From Vitrella brassicaformis CCMP3155 (Eukaryota > Protista > Chromerida): a DNA stretch of 64,000 nt. The notes below the pieces were generated by a model, which did no database searches, was not told where the DNA came from, and saw only the letters and a program-made list of their open reading frames with translations. Positions 49,905 to 61,567 of the stretch are shown piece after piece. The stretch's first letter is position 1. Each line of letters starts with the position of its first letter. The stretch covers positions 186,001-250,000 of the forward strand of contig CDMY01000510.1 in NCBI GenBank assembly GCA_001179505.1. The letters run 5' to 3'. The position numbers and the translations under genes were made by a program.

Positions 49905-51860
49905 TCACAGCTCGTCACCATGTCGGCTGTCTCGCCTCGCCCTTCCGTCTCCCCTCCCCGCAGCAATCAGTGTCCCGTCATCACCTACAGCTACATTTGC
50001 TGCTCCAGGCTCGACATTGGGAGCAACCGGAACGCTCATGCTCACAGTGACGGTGCTGTTGGCAGTTGGCTTGGTGCGGAGGTTTGTCTTGTTGTTGCTG
50101 CTATTCTTCTTGTGTCTGCCGCGGCAGGGCGGGTCGTGGGGCAGGCCGAGAGGGCAGTCGGTGTGCTGCCGTCTTTGCCTCTTGAAGTAGTAGTGGCTGG
50201 CGCTCATGACCCACTCCACAAAGAACACCTTGTGCCGCAAACGAGACGCCGGCACTGCACACATCCACCATTCGCACACAACACAACACACAAAGCGGTA
50301 GGCACTCTCACAGGCGGAAGGGCAGATCTCTCTCTCTCGTGAGTGGAATTGCTGACCTCTCTGGGTGCCGTCGTGGTCAAAAGTGGCTACAGTGGCCGGC
50401 AGCTCTGCATCGGTGTGGTGCTGCTGGCTCTCGCTGAGCTCCATCTGTGCGTGTGGGTCGTCTGTCTTCCAGATGTGGAAGATGTATTTGCGCATTCTGT
50501 GCTGGTGGAGGCCGATGCCGCCTCCTCCCTGGTCGCCGCAGCCCGTCACCACTCGAGACCACCCGAACAGGCCGCGCAGGAGGAGCACACCCGTGTGGCC
50601 GTGCTGCAGGGAGCGGGGGAACCCGGGAACTGTCAAACGAATGAATGAGTCAAGGGCCCACAAGAGAATTGAGATTAGAGGGCGGAAGACATCCGTGAGG
50701 AGGTATCTTTGTGTCGTACCTGGATCGCTGCCCATGCCAGCATATGACTGCAGGTAGTATCTGAACCCATTGCAGTCGTTGAAGCCCTCCCTGGTGGGCC
50801 TCGGTGCAGCAAAGCTATAAACTACGGCCCCCTCGGCGGCCTCGCCGAAGTGCTCGAGCTTGTGGAGCGAGGCGATGGCGCCGCCCAGCGAGTGGCCGGT
50901 GATAAAGATGCCGCCGCTGCACTGCGGCGAGGCCAGGAGAGCGGTCCATGTGGACCAGCTGGGGGACGACTTGATGGTCTCGTACTCCTTGTAGAAGCCA
51001 TAATGCACCCCATAGCTGGACCAGATGGGAGAGATGCCAGCCAGATACCATCCACTATGGTTGTGTCATGTCTGTGGTGTGTTGTCTTACACGTTGCCGT
51101 CCCTAGCCGTCAGGTTCTGCAGCGGGTGCATGCGGAAGTCGTTGCGCCAGTCGTCCCATTCGTGAGTGCCCTTGAAGGCTATGGCACACTGAGCTAACGA
51201 CGGCTTGACGGACACGACTCCCTGCAGCACAGCAGGCATGACAACATCCATCCACCTATATCCACCCGCCAAACGCACCCGCCCTGTCTGTCTGCGTACG
51301 TACCACATCATCATTCTCTTTGATGACGCTGTGTACGGTCCACCCCCATGCATCGCCGCTGCTCTCATGGATGGCACCGCGGGCAAGACAGGCCATCTGC
51401 AAATCCACCGACTGGTACCCATAAGGCTCGCCACGGCCGCCGCCTGTGCGCGTGTGGTGACAGACGTGCTCGGGGCGAGGGTCTGAAGCACACAAGCACA
51501 CAGAGAGTAGACCGATGAGAACTCCGCTGGCTGCTTTGACCTACCTCTTTCTTTCGCCCGCCCCGAGACCACTTGATGCCTCGACAGCAGGATGGCTACC
51601 GTCACCCCACACAGCGCCCTCGCCACCCGTGATGACGTCACACGCCGTAAGGCCTTGAACAGCACGCCAATCGCCCGCCCCAGCTGCAGCCTTCTCAGAC
51701 TGATCACCCAGTGCCGAAAGCCACCCAGGGAGAGAGCAACACCGGCTGCGCGAGGGCTACGTGAGGTGCTACGAAGCAGCAGGGGCTTCTTAAAGGCGAG
51801 CAGTCGGACGCGTAGCTTCCGGAAGGGCGCGAAAGGCCGCAACCTCACGCCTTCGGACAT
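49905..51860 (-). CDS. Class 3 lipase (alpha/beta hydrolase), multi-exon; 3' end uncertain
   Basis: CAIAFKGTHEWDDWRNDF, GVHYGFYKEY, nucleophile motif IFITGHSLGGAIASL, VYSFAAPRP and distal LHQHRMRKY. Upstream exons join in frame from MSEGVRL. Confidence 0.88.
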
Positions 51861-52035
51861 CGATGAGGTCTTTGCCGTCTGCTGCACGTCTGAGGGAGTG
51901 AGGCGTCAGGAGAGGTACAAGGTGGTTCGATTTCGGAGAAGAGGGGAGACTCCCACAAGCTCGCAATGCGAGTTCGCCCCCAGTCTCTCTTTTTTCAACC
52001 CCTCGCTGGAGAGAGGAAAGAAGAGCTTTTTCGCG

Positions 52036-55000
52036 ATGGCTGACTCAGCTCCCATGAAGTCTGGAGGCACTTTGGCCAATTCCCTGGCTGCCCCCACCGA
52101 CACACCGCCCTCGCTGCCGGACCGAGACCAGCACAGCCTCCTGACCACGACGGCCGTCGAGAGCGGTGACCACCACGTGCTGGATGCCGCTGGAGGCGGG
52201 GAGGAGGATACAGTAGTGTCGGATCATGTCGTCGTGTTGCCCGTGGATGCGAGGAGTGACCATGGTGAGAAGGTGAGACGGTATCTCTTCCAGTGGGAAT
52301 GGGGGAGGGGAAAGGGGCTGCTGCACGTGCGGTTTAACCCCGTCATTACCATTGTCTCAATCGCCATCGTGTGGGTAAGCTGATAGAGGGGGGGGGGGGG
52401 GGNNNNNNNNNNNNNNNNNNNNNNNNNNNNNNNNNNNNNNNNNNNNNNNNNNNNNNNNNNNNNNNNNNNNNNNNNNNNNNNNNNNNNNNNNNNNNNNNNN
52501 NNNNNNNNNNNNNNNNNNNNNNNNNNNNNNNNNNNNNNNNNNNNNNNNNNNNNNNNNNNNNNNNNNNNNNNNNNNNNNNNNNNNNNNNNNNNNNNNNNNN
52601 NNNNNNNNNNNNNNNNNNNNNNNNNNNNNNNNNNNNNNNNNNNNNNNNNNNNNNNNNNNNNNNNNNNNNNNNNNNNNNNNNNNNNNNNNNNNNNNNNNNN
52701 NNGAACACATGCCATGCATTGTCTGTGTCTCCCGTACCCTTTTGCGCAGTCATTCGCCGCGTGGGCGATTCAGACGTGCTCTGGGGACGAGACGGAGTGT
52801 CCAGCAGAGGTGTACCTGCGGCAGTCGAAGATGTGGATCAGCAGGACATTCACCTGGCTGTATATCGGGACCTTCATGGCCGCGTTCTTCGTCCTCGTTT
52901 GGATGTGAGTGTCACTTACTGAGACATGCATGCACCTGACCAACACACACCAAACACGCCGCCCCTCATTTATTTCTTCCCTCTCGTCTGCATGCCAGGT
53001 ATTTTTCCAAGTACTCAGACATCAAGCTGGGCCGCGATGACGAGGAGCCCGAGTTCAACTCGATCTCGTGGTTCACGATGCTCTTCTGCTGCGGAGTGGG
53101 ACCTGGTCTCTTCTACTTTGGCGTTGCTGAGCCGATTTTGCATTACGAGCCTTGCAGAGGGGAGCCGTTCGCAGGTGCAGTGCGGTTCGATACTGTCACT
53201 GGGGAGCACATAAAGGGGACGGGGGAGTGCCACGCAACGCGGTGGGCGGAGCTGCAGGACAACGAGCGGTTCCAGCAGTCGATGCTCATCACGTCCTTCC
53301 ACTGGGGGGTGCACGGATACATGTACGTGCACTTGATATACCAAGCGCCATCCATGCGATCAGCAGCTGATCGTCTCTTTCTTTGCCTCTGCGCATCAGG
53401 AGCTATGCGCTTGTGGGCATACTGATCGGCATACTCACTTACCGCTACAAGCTGCCATTTGCGACCAAGACAGCGTTCTACCCGCTGATTGGGGAGTGTG
53501 CCTACGGGCCGGTGGGGGATATAGTCGACGTCGCCGCCATCCTCTGCACCGTGAGAGATGAAGACAGTGCAAGAGGCACACACACACACGGACGGTCCTG
53601 CGTGTTTGTCAGATATTTGGAGTGTGCACGTCTCTCGGTCTGGGCGTCATGGCTCTGTCTCAAGGCATGCAGCGGTGAGAAGCACCCACTCACTCAGTGA
53701 GCCACGGAAGGGATGCGTGTGTGCACCGTCATCCCTTCTCTCTGTGTCGTGCCTGGCGTCCCGTTGTTCATGGATATGCTTGGTTGAATGAATGGCTGAT
53801 GCGTTGCGTTGGTTACCGTAGCTATGACTGACTGACTGACTGCATGGTCGTCCGCTGCTGCCGTCCCTTCATGCGTTCAGGTACATCCCTGGCTACGTCA
53901 ACAACCTCACCAACAATTTGATTCTGCTGTGGGTCATCACTCTCCTGGCTCTCGCGTCCGTCGTCTCGGGTATGCAGGAGAGGGAAGAGATAGAGACATA
54001 AATGGGGGTGAGTGAGTTGTGGGTTTCCTTTTGTGTGTGTGTGTGTGTGTTTGTGGGTATGTTCAGGGCTCAAGGCCGGCATCAAGTTCCTCTCTGAGCT
54101 GTGTTTTGTGCTGGGCAACTTCATCCTTATCGTCGTACTCTTCGCTGACGACACGTGGTATATATGATTGCGGCAGGGGAGGACCATTACGTCATGTGTC
54201 ATGCGTGTCATGTGTGTCATGTGTGTGCGCACTCATTTTTCCTCCCTCTCTGCTTAGGTACATTCTGAACATCTATGTGCAGAATCTCGGGCTGTATTTC
54301 CAGCAGCTCCTGGCCGTCGGCACACACACAGACGCATTCGTACAAGTAAGTAAATCCCAGAGCTCGAATGAAGCTAACTTTCTGATGTTGTCCTGTAACT
54401 CGTCAGCTGGGGTTGTCCAGCGACGGTGCTGGCGCCAATCCCACGTGGATGAACGACTGGACTCTGTTCTACTGGGGATGGTGGACGGCATTCGCTCCCT
54501 TTGTGGGCCTCTTCATCGCACGGATAAGCAGGGGCCGCACCATCAAGCAAGTCATAGCCGGTGAGGAAGTGAGTGAGTGACGCACACACACAGAGCCCCA
54601 CCCACATGAGCCCACACCTGAGTGCTTCTCGTTCTTGGCACAGGTGCGATGGCTGCTCCCGTCGTCTACAGCTTCTTCTGGTTCTCCGTCTTTGGCGGGG
54701 CGGGCCTGCGGATGGAGAGGGAAGCCGCGCTGCAGGGAATCGACTGTACCACTCCAGTAAGTACGCCATCACACACAAAGGGGAAAGTCCATCGACATCC
54801 ATCCATCTCGCTCTCTCTGTGCTTCCACCCAGGTGGATGTCTCGTCCCTGGTGCGTCTGAGTTGTCGCAAGACGACCGACATGTGGTATGACGTGCTGGG
54901 CCACTACGATGGCCTGGGCTACCTTTTGTGCGTGCTGTCGCTGGTGGCCCTGCTCATCTACTTCCTCACCACCAACGACAGCGGCTCCCTCATCATTGAC

Positions 55001-55948
55001 TCACTCGCAGACAACGGCAACATACACACCACCGTCCTGTGAGCACAGCACATCCACACACACAAACACACACATGTCTGTCTCGTGTGTGTTGGTATTT
55101 ATTGGCCGCTGCGTGTTTCATTCAGCACTCGAGTGTTCTGGGCGCTTACCGAGGGCGCGACAGCCACTGCCTTGCTGGTGGCCGGCGGCAAGGCAGCTCT
55201 GTCGGCGCTCCAGACGGGGGCCATTGTCACCGGCTGCATTTTTACCGTGGTGCTGGGCTACATGTGCGCCTCTCTACTGCGTGTCTGCCGTATCATCAAG
55301 GGAGACATCACACTGTACCCATGTAAGTAACCATAAGTGGACGAGAGCACCAGAAAGATGACAGACAAAACGAGTGACTGTCTCTGTGGTGGGTGCGGTT
55401 GGTTCTGTGTGTGTGCAGGGCAGCAGTGGCGGACGGGCCTGATGACTCTCTTCCACCGCCCCACTCTGTCGATGGCCCGCCGCTTCCTCATCTACCTGGT
55501 CCACCCCCTGACCGCCTTGTCGCCAGTCAGCTTCCAGACCCAGCCCCTGCGCAGCAAAGCCATCCTCGCCCAAACCTTCTTCGCCGCCTGCTTCTACGGC
55601 TCCTTCCTCTGTCTCCTCATCGAGTATGGACTCACCCCGTACCACACCAACCTGCACGCCGTCGGCGGGGCCCTCGCACTGTGTGCCGCCATGATCGGCG
55701 CTTCCTGGCGGTGTGCCGTGCGGTCACTGCACGGCATCACGGGGGACCTTGTGTCTGACGTGTTTGCGATGGGTCTGTATCCGTGCGTGGCGATGCAGTT
55801 GGTGGACCAGATGAGAATGAAGGCCGTGATCAAGGCAGAAGATGATGACGATGGTGAGGGGGCGGGGGGGTGGGAGCATCGGGAATGCGGCAACGAGGAC
55901 AGGGACAGTGAAGTGGAGAGCGATGCGGTAGAGGGCAGGGGGCACTAG
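52036..55948 (+). CDS. BCCT (betaine/carnitine/choline) family transporter, multi-exon
   Basis: [92 protein letters not shown] and RVFWALTEG are all BetT/CaiT signatures. TAG at 55948. Confidence 0.95.
52403..52702. other. Assembly gap (300 N) after poly-G
   Basis: Fixed-length N run inside the first BCCT intron. Confidence 1.
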
Positions 55949-56549
55949 TGGCTGCGACGATAGACACAGACTGACAATATGTGTGCGCTGTGCGTTCCGT
56001 GTGTGGGAGGGATGGATGGGTATTTCTGGTGGGTGGTGCTATTTGTCAGAAAGATAGGTGCGTGTCTCTCTGATCTGATTTGTTGTTGATCTGATCTCAT
56101 TTGTTGGGGCGGGCGGGCAGTGGGAGGGATTCAGTGTACTCACACTCAAACACGCAAAGAGAGAGCGATGTGAGGACACGAACACAGGCATATCTCGGTC
56201 GGCTGCGGTGTCTGGTCAGTGTGTGGACGCCATTTCTTCCTGTGTGTGGACTTTCACACTTAGCTGAGCCGTCAATCGCTGTATGGACGCCATTTGCGTC
56301 AAATCATTGCAGTCGCACCCACCCACGTCAATCAAGTGCGTCCATCGATAGAGTTTGATAGATGAGCAGGTCTCTCAACCCACATGCATTTGAACAGACA
56401 AGCGGCGGTCAAAACACACGCACTAACGCCGCTGGCGCTGCGCCCGCAAGATATACTACAGCTACAAAGGCAGCCATCTGAGACAGAAGTGACCGATACG
56501 ACATCAGAGCGATCGTATGTCCATGATTTCCTCACCGATTGCATGTGTT

Positions 56550-57746
56550 CTAGGGTATCAGGGCCCACACCTCCACTTCGGTGGGGCTGAAGTGTGCCAC
56601 GCCTGCCAGAGTGCCGTAGACGCCGTCAGGTGAGTCGCTGCTCGTCGGGCCCCGAAAACCCCTCGGCAGACGCTCCTTCCTGACCAACATGCACGACGCG
56701 CTGGGGGCAACAGTCGTGCCAGGGTTCGCAAAGGCCAACCGCAGGTCTGCCACCTCCCACGCACCAATCCATACAGCTGATGCGCTGTGGTTCGTCACCT
56801 CCCGGCCCACCACCCCCACCCCCTGTGCCTTATCTGTTATGGGGGATTTCACAGGGCATGTCATACCCGCCGGTGATGCTGTAGAAGGACACGGGGCGGG
56901 GGATGAATGCATGCTGGTTGGGGTCGTCGGGCTCTGCCAGTGGGCCGCCGATGGTGCAGCCAAAGAGGTGGCCGGGACCGCTACGGATGAGTATGAATGG
57001 CCGGGCGGCCCCACGGGTCTTGTCGAGGAATGCTGGGTACTTCTGGCCATCCCGTGACGACCTAGAAGAAGAGCACGCATACAGACGCCTTCCTTCCTAT
57101 GTGTCCGTGCTTTCACTTGTAAAGCAGCTTCATTGATTTGAGGGCCATGAAGCCACCCAGCCACTCCCGAAGATAGCGATATTGGCCGCACAGCGAGGAC
57201 AAACGCAAGAACTGCACACACAGACCCACGATTGATTCACACACACGTGTGTGCTGTGTCTCGAGGTCGGATGCATGTGTACCTGTTTGCCGGGCTGGCA
57301 CAGCTGGTCAGCCACCATCATGAGCTTCAAGCCCTTGCTCTGCAGCCAGCATACAGTACACGTATGCATTTTTGGACCCAATGACCGGATAACGCTGCAG
57401 GGTGGCGAAGATTCCGCAATGCCTGCTGCTTACCGATGGAATGTATCGGTCGTAGCGAAATGCTATTAGCTCGAGGTTGTAGCGGACCCCAGCCATCACC
57501 TGCTCGATGATCTCCTTGACCTCTTTGATCTCGTCATCGAACTCCACTCGCACGTCAATCGACACCTCTTCGACCAAATACCGACGCTGCTCCTGACAGT
57601 CACACAGAGCCAACCAGCGATGAGCCAGGCATCATTCGCCCTTCTACGAAGCTATCTCTTACCTGCACTTGCTGTGCGAGTGCCTGGCGGGCAGCAATCT
57701 CACGCTCCAGAAGAGAAAGGAGGGGATCCTCCCTCTCAGCAGACAT
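56550..57746 (-). pseudogene. TLDc-domain protein with a single +1 frameshift (~56845-56860)
   Basis: LLYK-SSRDG...FILIRSGPGHLFGC stops at CEIPHNR*, while the C-terminal ...FSPTEVEVWAL* continues in another frame. Upstream exons splice in frame from MSAEREDP. Confidence 0.7.
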
Positions 57747-57986
57747 CTGCACACGCGTGTGCACACAGATCTGCACTGTCTGCGAGGTAGCTTGTGGATG
57801 GCTCATGTGTTCACCTGTGCCCTTTGCGCCAACGCCGCCGGCAGCTATGCCACGCATCTCCTCAACATGCACAAATATCCAGCCCCCGCCGGTGGCTTGG
57901 GCCTTCTCTCTATGTTGGTGAGGGCGGCTCTATAAACTCCGTCCCCTGGTTGACATTCGAATGTAAACGGAAGTCGAAGAGCAGGA

Positions 57987-59525
57987 ATGGCCGCCATTGC
58001 CTGTGCATTGCTGGTTCTGTGCGTTGCACATTCGGTGGTGTGCATCACCCCGAAAAAGGCCGACTCGAGCGGCTCTCTTCAGACCCAGCTCGATGAAGGC
58101 TATGGACGGCGGGAGCAGCAGCCCGTGGGCGGACTGCGGCAAGGCCAGCACAAGATCCGAGGCGCGGCCGGCACCTTGCAACACAGAAATATCACCCGCA
58201 GATCCTTCTTTGCACAACCCATGATCGTGACGGAAAGCCAAGGCGTCTTGTCCCTCCCTGATGCAACCGACCATTCTGAAGGCTTCATCGGTGCCTTTGA
58301 CCGCCCGCCGCCTCCTCGCGCAGAAGCAGCCGCAGCACTCATCACCCCGCTCAATCGCACCCACGACGGCAGGCATCAAGATGAGGGCCTGACGGCCGTC
58401 ATCGAACAGGGCGGTGCATCGAGGTCAAGGCAGTTTCGCATGGCGGTTCGGTCGGGAGGCATCTTATCGCCAGGCGATGGGCTTAAAGACGACGGGCAGG
58501 GGCACCACGTGCGGTGGGTGCCCAATGCGATGCTACCTAATTCGCCGCCCTTCCTCTTGACGGCAAGGCCGCCGACAGCTGTGCGGCTCCCTTCTCACTT
58601 TAGGCCAGCCTTGTACGACCAGTTTGACCGGGATTCCCTGAACCTTAACAAGTTCATGTACCGGCAGCCAGGACAGCTGTGCGGCCGCAACTCGTACTGC
58701 GACCCCAGTTACGTCACTCAGGAGAACGGCAAGCTGGTCATCAAGCTGCGCTACCTCGAGACGCCTTTGCCGTACACCAAGTCCAAGTACACGACAAAGG
58801 CAGATGGCTCGCGTGTAAAGGTGCAACAGACGTGCTATGCCTGGTTCTCGGGCGGAGGCATCATCACAAGACAACGATACACGTAAGCGAATCGCCAGTC
58901 AGTCGGAAAGAGACGACTCTCTGAGGTCCGTCTGTCTGTGTCTCTGGTGTGCTGCAGGTACGGTTACTTCGAGACACGTGTCAAGATGACCAAGACGCCT
59001 GGATGGCACGAGGCCTTCTGGACGTCATACTCAGACGGAGGCAACAACCTGCACCCGATGACATACGGAGCCCGGAGCGAGCTCGACGTCTTTGAGCACT
59101 TCGGCTCTTTCGGCCCCTCCGAGTTCTACTACGGCGTCTACAGATGGACGGGGGGCGGAGGCGGCGTGCCCCTGAGACTCGAGCGGCTCACCGGCAGCAG
59201 ATGGCAGCCCGGCCAACAAATCGAACTGACCAAAAAATACCACAAATTCTCCCTCTTGTTCGACAGAGAGCGGGCGGCCTGGTACCTCGACGGCAGCCTC
59301 ATCCACGAGGTGAGGGCCAAGAAGGACCCAAGTGCGCCGGATGGGCCGTACGAGAAGATCCCCAAGAACCTGTTTCACGTGTGGCTGTCGACCATTACCA
59401 ACTACCGGACGGAGGGGGACACCACCAGCCCGCCTGACTGTTACTACGGCAGCAAGGAGGGCAAGGTGGTCAGTGGGGAGGGAGACGTGTTCTTCGACTA
59501 CATCACCATATACACCATTGACTGA
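57987..59525 (+). CDS. Secreted glycoside hydrolase family 16 protein; two exons
   Basis: Signal peptide MAAIACALLVLCVAHSVVC. Also YDQFDRDSLN, RYGYFETRVKM, GWHEAFWT, catalytic ELDVFE (59079-59096), YHKFSLLF, WYLDG and FFDYITIY. Confidence 0.92.
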
Positions 59526-60265
59526 CTGACGGACTGAGAAAGGATCGGTTGATAGGCTGAGAGAGTGTAAGGAAGGTGGCACGTAGGCAGGTATCTATCT
59601 GATAGACAGACATGGGCCCTTCTGTTTTAGTGAGTGTGTGTGTGTGTGTTCGTGGTTGATGTGGCCGCCTCGTGTGTCGTCGAGTGAGTGTGGTTGGTTG
59701 ATGTTTTTAAATTTGTCAGTCACTTTCTGGGATGATGATGATGAAAGGCGTGCCTATCCCAGCGTGCCCGTGTATGCCGCATGGATGGATGGGACCGAAG
59801 TTTTTGAAGGCCATTCCATACATGGCAAGTTGATCCGCAATCCATCCATCCAATGGCATCCATCCATCCATCCAATGGCATCCATCCATCCATCCCGTGC
59901 TCACTCACTCAGACAGACATCTGATCTGTGCAACCATGCCCAGCCCAACCATCGTCAACGCACACACAGTTCACACCAACGTATAGCCGCCCAATCACAG
60001 CCGTCCGTCCGTCCGTATGTACAACACACAATCGGCACGGAAAAGCACCGCACACACAGCCGCTCTGGGCGGCGTATCCATATCCATGTGTGCGTATGAG
60101 CGTTCACACAGTGAGTGACAGAGAGGCAGGCAGGGCGCGTGTGTGGTGTGTGCCGGTAATATAGGTCGGCACCTCTCTGTCCCTGTCTGTCTGTTCTGCC
60201 TGCCAATACACTCTGTGTATGCAGTGCTCTCGTGCACTCCACTCCAACCCACCCCGCCACCCAAT

Positions 60266-61407
60266 CTACACACACCAGCACCCGCCGCCCAGCCCCTCAG
60301 CACGCCATGGCCATGTCGGTGTCAGCAGTGCTGCCATCAGCTCGCCGTACACTGAAGACACACACACACGTATAGGTATCTTCCGTATGCCCACCATCTG
60401 TGTGTGTGTGTGTGTGTGCGTACCTTCTTCAGCCCACTCCTTGTGGCAGAGGACATTCTCCATGACGACCGCCTTGAAGGCCCACGCAAACAGGGTGTTG
60501 ACATTCTTGGCCAACTCCGCCTTCGCCCCTCTCCCCCGCGCCCCCTCCCCCGTCATGTGTCTCCTGGAGGAGCTGCTCCCGCAGCTGGCCCATCTGCCGC
60601 TTGGGTCGGCTCCCATCGGACAGCTCACTTATCCATCCGCTCGTTACCTGCAGCTGCTCATCCACCCCCATAACCGATGCCAGTCCGCCTGCCATCCGAC
60701 GAAGGGCGGCTCGTGAGGGTCAGTGGCCTGGGTCTGAATGCAGCCAGCGGCCCGCAGAATGGCCTGGCGCTTCGTCTTCCTTTCAGCGTCGCGCTTGGCC
60801 TTGTCTTTCTGTGCCTTCTCCGCCGCTTCCATCCTCCTCGCCTCCTCGTTCTTGGCCGCGATGGCCTCGTCACGGGTGGCGTAGGTGGCGACCTTGATCT
60901 GGCGGCCTTCGTAGGTCATGGAGTAGACGGAGGGGCGTCGGGCAGCCGCTGCTGGTGCTCGTGCCGGGCGGATGCTGGGGGGGAGGGGGGGATGGCCAGG
61001 GCCTGAAAGAACAGCACGACGAGAGAGAGAGAGAGAGAGAGGGAGAGAAAGCATCTCTGCACTGCCTGCCTCTTTTCCTTGGCTGGCTTCCAAGTGAACG
61101 CAGCCCACCCACCCGTCGCACTCACCTCTGTGCTGCCATGAGCGATGCTGGTGGGTGTGGTGCGCGGCGTGGGCGGCGGAATGCATCGCCACGCCTTCAG
61201 GGGATTGTGCAGCTGAGCTGCTGCCACCTACAGTGCAGTCAAAACAACAAGGGTACGTAGATTCCCCATTGAACGAATGCACATTTGAATCATGCATGCT
61301 TCCCCATCCGTCCCACCGCACTTACGTCCTGTGGTGGTGCCGCTGCTGTGCGCTGCCCGCGGGCGCATGTCCTGATGCGTCGCACCCTCCCGGCGCTTGA
61401 GCATCAT
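60266..61407 (-). CDS. Putative AP2-like DNA-binding domain protein, multi-exon
   Basis: In-frame exon chain containing SVYSMTYEGRQIKVATYATRDEAIAAKNEE (beta-beta-alpha pattern like AP2 'GKxxxLGxFxTxEEAxxA'), followed by a basic helix. Confidence 0.55.
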
Positions 61408-61567
61408 TATCAATGACTCTGCATGCGTCGCTGGCGGTTGCGGCTGCCACACGCCGATCCGACACACTCTCTGCGCGGAAATCGCCTTTTGCAGCCTCCT
61501 CAAAATTGCGAGCCTGAGTGTGTAGTTAGTAGCTCGCATCTGAAGAAGGGGGAAGAGATCTGGGAAA

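Noticed and set aside
51592-52035. N-terminal extension of the BCCT ORF overlapping the lipase
   Set aside because: It is antisense to lipase exon 1. The ATG at 52036 is more plausible, though not proven.
57308-57470. Second frameshift in the TLDc gene
   Set aside because: Using the downstream acceptor (ctggctgcag|AGCAAG) keeps the frame.
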